From positions 9,240 to 73,239 of the IMG/VR virus record IMGVR_UViG_3300036945_000641: a stretch of DNA of 64,000 nt; one strand, given 5' to 3'. Shown here one piece after another: positions 1-11,073 of the stretch; position 1 is the first letter of the stretch; every line of letters begins with the position of its first letter. The position numbers were made by a program, and so were the translations under genes. This stretch comes from a virus. The notes below the pieces were generated by a model, which had not been told where the DNA came from, made no database searches, and saw only the letters and a list, made by a program, of their open reading frames with translations.

Positions 1-1
1 A

Positions 2-1264
2 GGCGGCTTAGAAAGATTTGTTGAGCAGTATGATTTCTTTAAATCTAACTTCTTAACAGCAGCTGAGCAATTAGTACCTGTACAAAAAGCAGTAACCGAT
101 GAATTAAACCGCTTAAATATTAGCACAGATATTAATCGTCAAGGATTCGTAACACTAATTCGATCATTAGATCTTACTACTAAAACAGGTCAAGAAACTT
201 ACCAAGCACTAATGAATTTAGCACCGGGTATTGACCAAGTGTTTAAAGCTGAAGAAAAGAGACTTGATGAACGTGCAAGCTTGCAAAAGAAAATTCTTGA
301 ACTTGAAGGCAACACAGTTGCACTACGAGAAAAAGAATTAGCTGCACTAGATGCAAGTAATCAGGCACTGCAAAAACAAATTTGGGCTATAGAAGCACAA
401 CAAACAGCTGCAAAAAATCTAAAGTCTAATTTAGACAATGTTACTAAAACAATCAAGTCACAGATTCAAAGTTTAAGTGATTATAAAAATGCACTAATGA
501 GCGGCGATAAGAGTACATTGACTACAAGTCAACAGTATCAATCTGCAAAATCTGATATTACTACACTACTGTCTGTGATAAATTCAGCACCAAAAACAGT
601 AGAAGAGGAACAAGCACGTAATACGGCTATAGGCAAGTTATCAGGACAAACTGATAGATTCCTTGCACTAAGTCGTGAATTATTTGCCAGTGGTAGCCAA
701 TATACTGCAGACTTTAATAGTGTACTAGGTTACGTTGATTCAGCTGGCTCAATGCTAACTAAACAACTAACTGACGCAGAACTACAACTAAAACAATTAA
801 CAGACTCTAATACATTCTTACAAAGTATTGAAGCATCTAGTAAAACTACTGCAGAACTACTTGCTGAATATAATAGATCTGTGCTAGCTCTTGCAGCTAC
901 AGGGTACGGTAGCGGAGGATCTTCTAGTTCAGATGTAGGGGGTGGATTTGCAGCAGGTACAAACTATGTTCCAAACGACATGATTGCTCAAATCCATCGC
1001 GGTGAACGTATTATTCCTGCAGCAGATAACTTTGTGTTAATGTCTAGACTAAGTAGCACTGATAATTATACTCGTGAAATGACTATTCAAATCCGTGAAC
1101 TAAATCAGAAAATAAGTAGTTTAGAGCGTACAGTTGCTGACGGTGCTATAATGAACGTTCAAGCCACAAATCGCAATACTGAGCAAATTGCAGAAGCAGT
1201 TACAGTTAGTTCTGATAAAACTGTTCAGGTAGCTCGTATTCAAAATAAGGCAATTATTAAATGA
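2..1264 (+). CDS. tail tape measure protein, C-terminal part (open from window start)
   Basis: Frame open from base 2; helical/coiled-coil; FAAGTNYVPNDMIAQIHRGERIIPA motif typical of TMP C-termini. Confidence 0.8.
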   Translation, partial: GGLERFVEQYDFFKSNFLTAAEQLVPVQKAVTDELNRLNISTDINRQGFVTLIRSLDLTTKTGQETYQALMNLAPGIDQVFKAEEKRLDERASLQKKILELEGNTVALREKELAALDASNQALQKQIWAIEAQQTAAKNLKSNLDNVTKTIKSQIQSLSDYKNALMSGDKSTLTTSQQYQSAKSDITTLLSVINSAPKTVEEEQARNTAIGKLSGQTDRFLALSRELFASGSQYTADFNSVLGYVDSAGSMLTKQLTDAELQLKQLTDSNTFLQSIEASSKTTAELLAEYNRSVLALAATGYGSGGSSSSDVGGGFAAGTNYVPNDMIAQIHRGERIIPAADNFVLMSRLSSTDNYTREMTIQIRELNQKISSLERTVADGAIMNVQATNRNTEQIAEAVTVSSDKTVQVARIQNKAIIK

Positions 1265-2739
1265 AAACAGTATCAGAAATTTTGACCTGGCTTAATACGC
1301 CAGGTCATATTAAATGTATATTGGCAGATATCACAGAAGTTGGAAACGCACCTGTTTCCAACTTTTTTCTGTCTAGTGTAGCATATTTTGGTGATAATCA
1401 AAATTATAATGCCTCCATAACAGGTGGTCTTAGCTTTTCTGAAACTTTAAATGTTGACGGGCAAGCTTCGCTTAGTTTTGGTAGCTTAGAGTTTGTAAAC
1501 ACTGGCGGTATTCATGATGATTACCTTCAGTATGTATGGAACAAGCGACCTGTCAAAGTATACTTAGGCGACCCTAGTTGGCCTAAAAGCGACTTTGTGT
1601 TAATATTTGACGGATTAATTCAAGAAATTACCGCACCTAGTGAAAACTCATTAAGCTTTACACTGTTTGATAAACTACAACGTTTAAATGACCCTATCTC
1701 AGAACGCACCCTAGCAGACACCAGTTATTCTCAAAATACACTAAGCACTGTACTTCCACTACTATTTGGTGAAGCGTTTAACGTTCAGCCGCTGCTACTA
1801 GATAATGGCAGCAGTGCTGGTCTTGGACAAGTTTACATGGTACATGACGGGGCCATTAGTGGACTAATTGAAGTACGTGACAATGGTGTGCCAATTAATG
1901 TAACTGAGTCTAATAACACAGGAACTTTTACATTACTAGCAAAACCATACGGAACAATTACTTGTAGTGCACAAGGAAAAACTCCTTATACAAATACTGT
2001 GCCAGGGATTATAAGTCAAATAGTAACTAACTATGGCACCGCAGAAAACCGATTCAGCTCCAGCGAGATTAGTTTCGGGGATTTTACAAACACTAGTCCA
2101 GTAGGATTTTATTCCAGCGACCGTGTAAATATACTAGAAGCATGCAATCAGTTAGCAAAAAGTTTAAACGCTAATTTAATATGTCCCTCAATTGTAGTAA
2201 CTGACGGAGTTGTTAGTACTAGTAAATTGCGACTAGTTGAAATAAAAGTTCCCACAGGCACGCCAAAGTACTATTTAGATGATAATAACATGATCATCAA
2301 CTCACTTAGTATATCTCAAATGTTTCCAGTAAAACCTAGCATTAAGTTGGGCTACTGTAAAAATTATACTGTACAAAGTACGGTAGCTGCAGGTGTAAAC
2401 CCAACCAGTAAGTTTGACCAGCAGTGGTTTTATTCAGATCAAGTTAATGCAACTAAAAAGAGTTTGTATCGTGATAGTGGGGCTGTAGCAGAAGAAGAAA
2501 CACTACTTATTACAACAGCTGGAGCAGAAGCTGAAACAGCTAAACGACTTGCCTTATGGCAAGAGCAAAGATACGTAATAAGTGCCGATTACTTACCACA
2601 CTTAATGTTTGTACAACTAGGTGATGTTGTACAAATAACCTCTGCAAGATTCGGACTTTCAAGCGGAAAATTAGGCCTAGTATACTCAGTTACAAGAAAC
2701 TGGACTACAGGCTCTGTAAACATAGGGGTATTAGTATAA
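1261..2739 (+). CDS. tail tip/baseplate hub-like protein
   Basis: Directly follows TMP; PLLFGEAFNV and QLGDVVQIT motifs of tail hub proteins. Confidence 0.65.
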   Translation: MKTVSEILTWLNTPGHIKCILADITEVGNAPVSNFFLSSVAYFGDNQNYNASITGGLSFSETLNVDGQASLSFGSLEFVNTGGIHDDYLQYVWNKRPVKVYLGDPSWPKSDFVLIFDGLIQEITAPSENSLSFTLFDKLQRLNDPISERTLADTSYSQNTLSTVLPLLFGEAFNVQPLLLDNGSSAGLGQVYMVHDGAISGLIEVRDNGVPINVTESNNTGTFTLLAKPYGTITCSAQGKTPYTNTVPGIISQIVTNYGTAENRFSSSEISFGDFTNTSPVGFYSSDRVNILEACNQLAKSLNANLICPSIVVTDGVVSTSKLRLVEIKVPTGTPKYYLDDNNMIINSLSISQMFPVKPSIKLGYCKNYTVQSTVAAGVNPTSKFDQQWFYSDQVNATKKSLYRDSGAVAEEETLLITTAGAEAETAKRLALWQEQRYVISADYLPHLMFVQLGDVVQITSARFGLSSGKLGLVYSVTRNWTTGSVNIGVLV

Positions 2740-2740
2740 T

Positions 2741-5116
2741 ATGAATACACCAATTAATTCCAGAGATATTGCTCTGCGTAGTACTGAACCTAGGGTATTA
2801 CAGATTAGTGAAAACTATATAGCCTTAAGCGCTTCAAGCTTACAGTTTAAATATGGTACAGATAATTTACCTCAACCAGCTCAGGTAATAGTAACAGCCA
2901 GTTTAGTTGGTAAATTAGAAGGTACAGTAGTATTTACTACTAGTGGTTTTACGCAAGCGCCTTCAGTTGATCCTACAAATCCCAACAGACTAGTAATAGA
3001 TCCTTCCAAATTTGTTAGTGATTTCGCAACTATTAATGCTAGTGTAAACTGGCAGGGTTCAAACTATCAGGCTACTCCAGTTACAATAACAAGAGTATTA
3101 AATCAACTATTAGCAAAAGTACAAAGATCAATTGATCTAGTACCTAGCTATAACGATGGCAGTGGCTATACTCTACCCGCAGACGATAATTTTGTAGAAC
3201 TATACAATGGTGTAGTTAAAATTACTGAAGGTATTACATATGGTCCTGCATCACAAACTGCCAACGGCCTTACAGTTAGTGTAAATAGTTCCACAGGAAA
3301 AATAACATTAACTCAAGCAGCTCCAAATACTTGGACTGGTAACAACAACAATTTTACATTAACAGCTACTAGAAATAATATAGTATATAATACTACGTAT
3401 AATATTACCAAGGCTAAAGCTGGAGCTGGCGGAATACAAACTCAAGAACTATACTTGTATATTTGGAGTGTAGGAACACCTGCAGTACCTAGTGGCTCTA
3501 GTGTATATACATGGACTACCAATACTCATGTATACAATGGTGGTGATCAGTGGGCACTAAGTCCATCTACTAACCCTGGTAATGTAGGTATAGTATTATG
3601 GAAAGCTGCTAAAAACATTATAGCTGAAGCAAGTGTAGTAACTACACAAATTTCAACCAATTGGGCTGGTGCCAGTATAAGAGCTGTAACTACCGAAGCC
3701 AATGAAGTAATAAAAACAAAAACTGTAACAGTATATCAGAACTCGCCTAGTATACCAGGTATATCTGGTACAAGTACTCTTACTTGGTCTAACGGGTCAT
3801 ATACTGCGCCAACCAATTGGTCTATTACTGCACCTGCACGAGCAGCAGGACAAGTTCTTTATTCTGCTGAAGTTTTTGTACAGCAAGCAACATCTCAACC
3901 AACTAGTAATATTGACTGGACACAAGCTAGTATAAGACCAATTAGTTACTACGGCACTGATGGGGCAGCGGCCCGCAGAGCGTATGTTTTAGCAATTAGC
4001 GCTCCTGCAGGATCTCCTGCTACATATGTTGCTACTGGCGATACACTGCCAGTAGCAGGTACATGGTTTTCAGGAAAAACTTGGTCTTCTACTGCACCTA
4101 CTGTAATAGCTGAAGGCGAAACACTGTATCAAACCGATGGAGTTTACGTTAGTGCTGGAAATACTACATGGGGCTATCCTTATATAAGTAGTTTAAAAGT
4201 TGGTAACTTACAAGCCATTAGCGCTAACACAGGTACTCTGACTATTACTGGAGCACTTAAGGGCGGAGACGCTACTAATTTGACTACTGGTACTGGTTTT
4301 TATGTAGACAACAACGGACACTTACGAGTAGGTACCCCAGGAGGTGCTCAATTAAAGTTTGATGCTGGTGGTTTAAGTATTACTAATTCAGCTGGATCTA
4401 ATGTTTTTACAGTAATAAGCCAAGCTGAAACTGCAGCAACTAATGCAGCAAGAGATGCTGGTACTGCTGCAACTAATGCTGGTACTGCTGCAACTAATGC
4501 AGGTACTGCTGCAACTAATGCCGGTAATTCAGCTACTGCTGCCTCTAATGCCGCTAATAGTGCTACTATTATAAAAGTACAGTATAGTGCAGATAATAGT
4601 AACTGGCATGATTCCTATATTGCTGGCGACATTTATATTCGTACTGGGTCAAAAACTGTAGCTGCCGCTGACTTTACATATAGTGCTGGAAGCAGGTATG
4701 TGGGTACAAACGGTAGAGATGGTGATCCTGGTGTTCGCGGTAGTTTGATTGGATACGGCAAACAGTATGGAATATACTCGGAGCAGTGGGATAACCTTAA
4801 AGCAAACCGAGTTATCTATAATATGGTAAATGGTGAAACATTTGCCGGAGACCTATCCTTAACATCGCACTTACGTATTGGTGATACGGTTACTCTTACT
4901 AATGGTGCAAGCGCTACAAAATCATATACCCGATACTGGACTGGTTCTTGGACAGACCCTAGTGTTGTAATTAACGGTGATTTAATAGTAACTGGTACTA
5001 TTGGTGCAGACAAATTAGCTGTAGGCGGAATACTAGTAGGCCAACAAATTAAAAATCAAGCAGGTACTTTTGTTATTGACTTTGGCTCTAGCCCATACAT
5101 TAGCATATCAGTTTAA
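2741..5116 (+). CDS. central tail fibre/tip protein
   Basis: Beta-rich, T/G/S-rich; LKVGNLQAISANTG and VINGDLIVTGTIGADKL motifs of J-like fibre C-termini. Confidence 0.65.
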   Translation: MNTPINSRDIALRSTEPRVLQISENYIALSASSLQFKYGTDNLPQPAQVIVTASLVGKLEGTVVFTTSGFTQAPSVDPTNPNRLVIDPSKFVSDFATINASVNWQGSNYQATPVTITRVLNQLLAKVQRSIDLVPSYNDGSGYTLPADDNFVELYNGVVKITEGITYGPASQTANGLTVSVNSSTGKITLTQAAPNTWTGNNNNFTLTATRNNIVYNTTYNITKAKAGAGGIQTQELYLYIWSVGTPAVPSGSSVYTWTTNTHVYNGGDQWALSPSTNPGNVGIVLWKAAKNIIAEASVVTTQISTNWAGASIRAVTTEANEVIKTKTVTVYQNSPSIPGISGTSTLTWSNGSYTAPTNWSITAPARAAGQVLYSAEVFVQQATSQPTSNIDWTQASIRPISYYGTDGAAARRAYVLAISAPAGSPATYVATGDTLPVAGTWFSGKTWSSTAPTVIAEGETLYQTDGVYVSAGNTTWGYPYISSLKVGNLQAISANTGTLTITGALKGGDATNLTTGTGFYVDNNGHLRVGTPGGAQLKFDAGGLSITNSAGSNVFTVISQAETAATNAARDAGTAATNAGTAATNAGTAATNAGNSATAASNAANSATIIKVQYSADNSNWHDSYIAGDIYIRTGSKTVAAADFTYSAGSRYVGTNGRDGDPGVRGSLIGYGKQYGIYSEQWDNLKANRVIYNMVNGETFAGDLSLTSHLRIGDTVTLTNGASATKSYTRYWTGSWTDPSVVINGDLIVTGTIGADKLAVGGILVGQQIKNQAGTFVIDFGSSPYISISV
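4457..4519 (+). repeat. 3 x 21-bp tandem repeat (AGTAATN heptads)
   Basis: gctggtactgctgcaactaat x2 plus gcaggtactgctgcaactaat, degenerate flanking copies. Confidence 0.9.
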
Positions 5117-5124
5117 GGAACAAC

Positions 5125-5940
5125 ATGCCAAACCTACGTTTAATTTATAATAACTTAGCAGACTCTGCCACTATTGTGGCAAGTTCAACTGCCGCAGGCT
5201 TTAGTGTTGATAACCTTAAAGACACTCAAAAAACTAGTGTACATCGCAGTAGTGATACAACTGTAACCTACACCCTAAGCTGGAGCACCGCACAAACAAT
5301 TAATTGTGTAGCACTACCAGCAACAAACTTAATTGCAGGAGGAACTATACAAGTACAGTTGTTTAGCGATCTTACAAGCACAATTCCACTAACCGATACT
5401 GGACCCAGACAAGCTTGCACAGGTCGAACAGTTACACTTTACAATAAAAGTTCAGCGCCCACATATGTTGACTTTGGTTTTGGTGGTGCAACCAAAACTA
5501 GTATTTGGTTTACCCAAAGGTATCAAGCTCAAAAAGTGGTTATTACAGTAACCAGCGACAGAGCCGTTGACTGTGCTAAAATTATTTGCGGTGCTTATTG
5601 GGAAAGTTCACGACAAGTTAATAATGGTATTGAACTAGGTTATGAGGATTCAAGCGAGATCACTACAACTCGTAGTGGTAACACTTATGAAGACCGAAAG
5701 CCTATTACTGAAACCATGAGATTTGACTTGCAGTACTTGTCAGACACTGACCGCCAAGAACTACAAAAATTAATGCGTAGTTGGGGCTCAAGTGCACTTA
5801 TATATTACTGTGTATTTCCTGATAACACTAATCCTGAGCTAACTCAAAGCTTTAGTATCTATGGCCGCAGTAACTCAAATAGTCTTCAGTATCAGTTTCA
5901 TAAATTCTATAACACCAGTCTTGATATAAAAGGTTGGTAA
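5125..5940 (+). CDS. tail protein (distal tail/carbohydrate-binding-like)
   Basis: 271 aa beta-rich ORF in tail block, aagga RBS. Confidence 0.55.
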   Translation: MPNLRLIYNNLADSATIVASSTAAGFSVDNLKDTQKTSVHRSSDTTVTYTLSWSTAQTINCVALPATNLIAGGTIQVQLFSDLTSTIPLTDTGPRQACTGRTVTLYNKSSAPTYVDFGFGGATKTSIWFTQRYQAQKVVITVTSDRAVDCAKIICGAYWESSRQVNNGIELGYEDSSEITTTRSGNTYEDRKPITETMRFDLQYLSDTDRQELQKLMRSWGSSALIYYCVFPDNTNPELTQSFSIYGRSNSNSLQYQFHKFYNTSLDIKGW

Positions 5941-5942
5941 AT

Positions 5943-5974
5943 AAAAATACCAGCTTTAGGGCTGGTATTTTTTT
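5943..5974 (+). terminator. Rho-independent terminator
   Basis: aaaaataccagc-tttagg-gctggtattttttt. Confidence 0.85.
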
Positions 5975-5977
5975 ATG

Positions 5978-6006
5978 TTGACATTAGCCTGCCCTTGTGA
6001 TATAAT
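5978..6006 (+). promoter_or_regulatory. sigma70 promoter
   Basis: TTGACA-17-TATAAT. Confidence 0.85.
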
Positions 6007-6131
6007 AATACAAAATGTCCACAGATGTTTAAATTTTTTCTTGACAAGCAGATAGCTAGTTCAGAACACCATATTACATTACCATTAGCTTAGTTATTAT
6101 AACTAGCCCCAATAAGCCAGGAGAACATCTG

Positions 6132-6479
6132 ATGCCAGAACTAGTCCCCGAAAATTTAATTCAAGCATTTGGCGCGGTTGCTATGGCAGCTGTTGTTGTA
6201 ATGCTTGGAATCCAAAAAATCTTAAAATATTGGCAAACCACTGACGCAGAAAATTCAATTATCAAAATTATGCATAATGAATTGGAACGTATGAGCCAAC
6301 AGAATACAGCTCTTAGCGTAGAGCTAGGTAGATTACACAACGAAGTAATTACGCTAAATCAACAACTACAAATGTTAACTATAGAAAATCAACGACTACA
6401 GCGAGAAGTTGTTGCACTTACTAATGAAGTAAGTAGCTTTAAACTATTAAGACAAGGTGACTCACATGGCAAGATCTAG
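6132..6479 (+). CDS. single-TM coiled-coil membrane protein
   Basis: N-terminal hydrophobic helix then coiled coil; aggag RBS. Confidence 0.6.
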   Translation: MPELVPENLIQAFGAVAMAAVVVMLGIQKILKYWQTTDAENSIIKIMHNELERMSQQNTALSVELGRLHNEVITLNQQLQMLTIENQRLQREVVALTNEVSSFKLLRQGDSHGKI

Positions 6480-7056
6480 GCTGTTAAACCCCGCAAACGA
6501 TATTATCACGGACTCTGGTGATATTTTATTTAGTTTTGTTAGAGGCGAACAATTAGAGTTTCCTATTACACTAAACTTTGTAGAAGATGTTACTGCTGGG
6601 TATACTTATGAAGCAGTAGTTGTAGAGGGTGATAATGTTCAGTCTCAGGCAACACGACCCGAAAATGTTAAAACCAATGCCGTTACAATTATTCTAAATG
6701 TTAGAGTTCCAACAAATCGTGGTAACTGGGATGCTGCACAAGCATACAACAGAGAAGAAATTGTACTATACAACGGTAAATATTACAAATTACTAAGTGG
6801 CGTAGCTTTAACTAATGCAGTGCCGCCTTCAGGCAGCACAAACTGGCTAGAGACTACATTAAATAAAGTATATTTACAGTTTCCTAAAAGCCTAGCCAGT
6901 ACGTGGTCACAAATGGCCACAGTAAGTAGCCCAGTATACGGATTCTTTGAGCTACGTGTTACAGAGCCTCAAGATAATATTTTTGTACGCACGTGGAAGC
7001 CTGTAAGAGGTATGGTAGAAATTTTATTTAGTCCTACTTATAGTGCTAACGATTAA
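6466..7056 (+). CDS. virion/tail protein with carbohydrate-binding-like insert
   Basis: RGNWDAAQAYNREEIVLYNGKYY...PPSGSTNW resembles a CBM5/12-like motif. Confidence 0.55.
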   Translation: MARSRLLNPANDIITDSGDILFSFVRGEQLEFPITLNFVEDVTAGYTYEAVVVEGDNVQSQATRPENVKTNAVTIILNVRVPTNRGNWDAAQAYNREEIVLYNGKYYKLLSGVALTNAVPPSGSTNWLETTLNKVYLQFPKSLASTWSQMATVSSPVYGFFELRVTEPQDNIFVRTWKPVRGMVEILFSPTYSAND

Positions 7057-7064
7057 GGAATGTT

Positions 7065-10013
7065 ATGGCAACAGATACTAATATTATTGAGGTAACAGGC
7101 GGTGGACTTACTACCGGTGTTCCAGATGTATCTGTAACCACTAGTACATCAACGCCAACAGTTGTTTCTCATGTGGTAACTCCCACACTAGATCCAGCAA
7201 GCTCAAATGAAGAATTAATAAAAGTAGTAGTTACTGGCTTAGGCGAAGAAAATATACCTGATGCTAGACTATTTAAGTTTTTAAGCGACAAATTTGGGCT
7301 TAGTGAACAGAAATTATTTCAAGTTTTCAAGAATTTAAGTGAGTTAAATACTACTGAAGAGCAGGTAAGTAAATTACTACAAAAAGTACTCGAAGACGTT
7401 ACAACTAATTCAGATGTATTTGACCGAGTTTGGACTGCATTTAGAACGTTTGCTGATTCTACTACTAATGCTGAGTTATTAAATCAAGACTTTGAAAAAG
7501 TACTATCAGACGTAGCTAATGCCCCTGATTTGCTAACCTCAGATGTTGGCAAGTATTTAGCAGACATAACAGCACTAGCAAATTTAAGCTATGCAGTTAT
7601 ATTAATAGGCAAAAATTTACAAGATCAAACAATTGGTTTCAGTGATGTACTTAGTACCATTGTAGATTTTAACAGAACCTTTGAAGACACAGTATTTACA
7701 ACTGATGACTTCTTTGGTGAAGCCAACGTTGATGATGATCAAATTGCACAAGTTTTTAAAGTTGTGTTAGACTGGGTTGTTCCTGAAGAACGCTTTGCAG
7801 TTGATGTTGACAAACCAGATGTAGTTGACTTAGCTACACTAAGTGAGCAAGCTTACTTAGAACCACAACTACCAAAATTTGATGCTGTTGTAAACACAGA
7901 TTTGCAAATAGCACTAGTAGACTTATCCAAACTGGATCAAACTTCAAACTCAGAACAACAAATATTCTCAGTAACTAAAGCTGACCGAGTTGATGAAGTA
8001 ACAGTACTTGAGCAAGCTAGCATAGATTTAGTTAGACCAGATATAACAGATCAAACCACAAACTCAGACTTACAAACAGCTGATGTGGGCCAAACTAGTA
8101 TAGATAATTTTAACACTCAAAACGAACAGTACTACTTTGACGTTGACAAGCCAGATATAGAAGACGCTGCAGTTGTAGCGGAGCAAGTCAACAAAGATTT
8201 TACGCGACCAGCAGAAGACGATCAAGTTAGTATTGCAGAATTGCTGCTTACTAAACTAATTGGTTTAAATATTAATGAGATCGATTACTTCTTAGAAGAT
8301 TATGTTTTTGATATAACAGATTACACGTTTAAAGCTGTTCATGCCAGAGACCAGATTACACAAATTATTATAACAAAAGAGTTTGAAGACCTAGTAGACT
8401 CCACAGATGACTTCTTTGGTGAAGCAAATGTTGACGATGATCAAACAGCTACGTTTGATAAAGTACTTGCTGATTATATTACATTTTCAGACGCTTTTGA
8501 ACGACTAGTAGATTACATTAGACTGTTCTCAGAAACAGCTGCACTACTAGAGCAAGTAGAACTAGACACAAACAAAGTTCTTGTAGACCAAACTGCTAAT
8601 TCAGAACAAACAAACTTTGATAGTTTTAAAGTCACGAATGATCAAGCTACCATCTCAGAAACAAGTGTTTTTGATGTAGAGCAAATTAGCAGCGATTTAG
8701 CGACAACGGCTGAGCAAGCAGAACTTCATACTAGCACAGTTCAATTAGACATTGTAAACAACACGGATGATTTTACCAGATTCTATGAAGCTGTTAGAAT
8801 CTTTACTGAACTAACGCAAACCACAGATCGTGTAGAGCAGTTAGTAGAACGTGTTAGCGACGACCAAAGTACTTTTACAGAACTAGTAACGCAAACAGTA
8901 GAAAAATTAGAACTAGATCAAGCTACAACAACCGAACAACAAACGTTTGACTTTGAAGCAGTTTACAGTGAGCTAATAGACGCAACTGATGACTTTTATG
9001 GTGCAGCAAACATTGACGATGATCAAATTGCTGCTTTTGACAAAGTACTAGTAGACTATGCTGTTAACAGCGACACAGTAATAACTGTTGCGGAATTTCT
9101 AAGAACGTTTTTAGAAACAGCTGCTGCCACAGACTTGGCTACACTTGATTTTGCAAAAGACGTAGTTAGCACAGCCACCTTATCAGAAGTATTTGCAGTT
9201 GACTTTTTAACTAGTCGTAGCGAAACAAGCACAGTACTAGAAGAAACTGCTGTTAGCTTTGATACTAGCAGAACAGAAACTATAACACAAGCTGACTTAT
9301 TTACGCAAAGCATTGAGCCTGCTAAATATGAAACAATAGCTACTGTTGACGATGCTGTTTACGATATTGAATTAAACAAGTTTGAAATTGCAAATGCGCT
9401 AGAATCGGCTATAGTAGATTTTTCTACCGCACGAGCAGAAGTAGCCAGCATTTTAGAAAGTTTTATCACTGAGTTTACGGCACTAAGAGACTTTTCAGAA
9501 ACTGTGGTACAAACCGACACAGTTAGCTTAGATACTACAAAACCCACAACAGACTTAGTATCAAATTCAGATATTCAAGTATTTGATACTACTAAACAAA
9601 CATCTGATACCACAACAACCTCAGAAGTTATTGGCAAGGATACAACTACTGAAATTTCAGAGTTAGTAGATGCAACTGACGACTTCTTTGGTGCTGCTAA
9701 CATTGACGATGATCAGATTGCCGTAATTGACAAAGTACTTGCTGATTATGCTGCTAACGCCGACACAGTCACAACATTAACCGACTATCAAAGATCTGTT
9801 GATGAAAACCAAATTTTATCTGAAGTATTCGCTGCTGTTGTTAACAAAGCACTTTCAGATATTACTAACAGTAGCGATACTGTAATCTTGCTTACTGAGT
9901 CTAATAGACTGGATTCAATAGCAATATCCCAAACAATTTCACTTACTTTACAAAGCTATTTCTCTCAGGACTACGCAGAGTTGGGCTATACAGGTGAAAC
10001 TTATACTTATTAA
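7065..10013 (+). CDS. long acidic repeat virion protein
   Basis: 982 aa, D/E/T-rich, four copies of TDDF[FY]GxAN[VI]DDDQ. Confidence 0.7.
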   Translation: MATDTNIIEVTGGGLTTGVPDVSVTTSTSTPTVVSHVVTPTLDPASSNEELIKVVVTGLGEENIPDARLFKFLSDKFGLSEQKLFQVFKNLSELNTTEEQVSKLLQKVLEDVTTNSDVFDRVWTAFRTFADSTTNAELLNQDFEKVLSDVANAPDLLTSDVGKYLADITALANLSYAVILIGKNLQDQTIGFSDVLSTIVDFNRTFEDTVFTTDDFFGEANVDDDQIAQVFKVVLDWVVPEERFAVDVDKPDVVDLATLSEQAYLEPQLPKFDAVVNTDLQIALVDLSKLDQTSNSEQQIFSVTKADRVDEVTVLEQASIDLVRPDITDQTTNSDLQTADVGQTSIDNFNTQNEQYYFDVDKPDIEDAAVVAEQVNKDFTRPAEDDQVSIAELLLTKLIGLNINEIDYFLEDYVFDITDYTFKAVHARDQITQIIITKEFEDLVDSTDDFFGEANVDDDQTATFDKVLADYITFSDAFERLVDYIRLFSETAALLEQVELDTNKVLVDQTANSEQTNFDSFKVTNDQATISETSVFDVEQISSDLATTAEQAELHTSTVQLDIVNNTDDFTRFYEAVRIFTELTQTTDRVEQLVERVSDDQSTFTELVTQTVEKLELDQATTTEQQTFDFEAVYSELIDATDDFYGAANIDDDQIAAFDKVLVDYAVNSDTVITVAEFLRTFLETAAATDLATLDFAKDVVSTATLSEVFAVDFLTSRSETSTVLEETAVSFDTSRTETITQADLFTQSIEPAKYETIATVDDAVYDIELNKFEIANALESAIVDFSTARAEVASILESFITEFTALRDFSETVVQTDTVSLDTTKPTTDLVSNSDIQVFDTTKQTSDTTTTSEVIGKDTTTEISELVDATDDFFGAANIDDDQIAVIDKVLADYAANADTVTTLTDYQRSVDENQILSEVFAAVVNKALSDITNSSDTVILLTESNRLDSIAISQTISLTLQSYFSQDYAELGYTGETYTY

Positions 10014-10022
10014 GGATTTTAT

Positions 10023-10475
10023 ATGTTACAAGACAACATCAAAACTAAAGGTACGTTGACCCTAGTTCTAACGGACGAAAACGGTAACGTAAAACAACAA
10101 GACGAGCATAACTTAGTAGTTAGTTCAGGTCTTGCTTACATTGCTTCACGCATGAAAGACGCTACAGCAACTGCAATGAGTCACATGGCTGTTGGTGCAG
10201 GTGCTACTGCTGCTGCTGCTGCTAATACTGCATTGGGTAGTGAATTAGGCCGTGTTGCACTAACTTCAACTACTATTGTTACTACAAGCGTAGCTAATGA
10301 TGCAGTTCAATATGTTGCTACATTTGGTGCCGGTACTGGTACTGGTGCAGTTACAGAAGCTGGTATTTTTAACAACGTAACAGCTGGCACTATGCTATGC
10401 CGCACAGTTTTTGCAGTGATTAACAAAGGTGCATTAGACACATTGACAATCACTTGGAAAGTAACTGTAGCTTAA
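10023..10475 (+). CDS. tail collar/fibre attachment protein
   Basis: TALGSELGRVAL...GAVTEAGIFN...DTLTITWKVT motifs. Confidence 0.65.
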   Translation: MLQDNIKTKGTLTLVLTDENGNVKQQDEHNLVVSSGLAYIASRMKDATATAMSHMAVGAGATAAAAANTALGSELGRVALTSTTIVTTSVANDAVQYVATFGAGTGTGAVTEAGIFNNVTAGTMLCRTVFAVINKGALDTLTITWKVTVA

Positions 10476-10493
10476 TTTTAACTGGAGTTACCT

Positions 10494-10727
10494 ATGGCAA
10501 CAATTATTACTCGCGTATTGGGTGCTACCGCCAAAGGTACTCCTCTTACTAATGAAGAAGTTGATAACAACTTTATTAACTTAAACACAGAAGTCGGTGA
10601 AAAAATGGTCAAGTCTGCTAATCTAAGTGATTTAGCAGACTTGCCTACCGCAAGAACAAATTTACAAGTAGATAGTTCTACTCGTACAACTGCAAAAGCT
10701 GTTGCTATGGCTATTGCATTAGGATAA
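10494..10727 (+). CDS. small tail-fibre anchor protein
   Basis: KGTPLTNEEVDNNF, NLSDLADLPTARTNL, C-terminal AVAMAIALG. Confidence 0.6.
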   Translation: MATIITRVLGATAKGTPLTNEEVDNNFINLNTEVGEKMVKSANLSDLADLPTARTNLQVDSSTRTTAKAVAMAIALG

Positions 10728-10737
10728 GGACTAGAAC

Positions 10738-11073
10738 ATGGCATTCAAATCAAAAATATCAGCCAATGTTGGAGTAGCTGCTTCACCAACTACTATTACC
10801 GATACAGTAGCTGCAGGTTATGCACAAACTTTAATTGGTTTATCACTGGCAAATACCAGCAGCGCCAATATTCAAATATCCGCCAAGCTAGTTAAAAATG
10901 GCGGAGGTTCTGCCTTTTTAGTTAAAGACGCCACAGTATTACCTGGTGGTGCAATCTCCATTGTAGGTGGAGACCAAAAATTAGTGCTAGAAGCTGGCGA
11001 TTCAGTTACAGCTTGGTCTAGCGCAGGTGCAACAGCAGACGCAGTATTATCATACCTAGTCGACACAAACTAA
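10738..11073 (+). CDS. virion structural protein
   Basis: GGDQKLVLEAGDS motif common in aquatic phage tail regions. Confidence 0.55.
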   Translation: MAFKSKISANVGVAASPTTITDTVAAGYAQTLIGLSLANTSSANIQISAKLVKNGGGSAFLVKDATVLPGGAISIVGGDQKLVLEAGDSVTAWSSAGATADAVLSYLVDTN

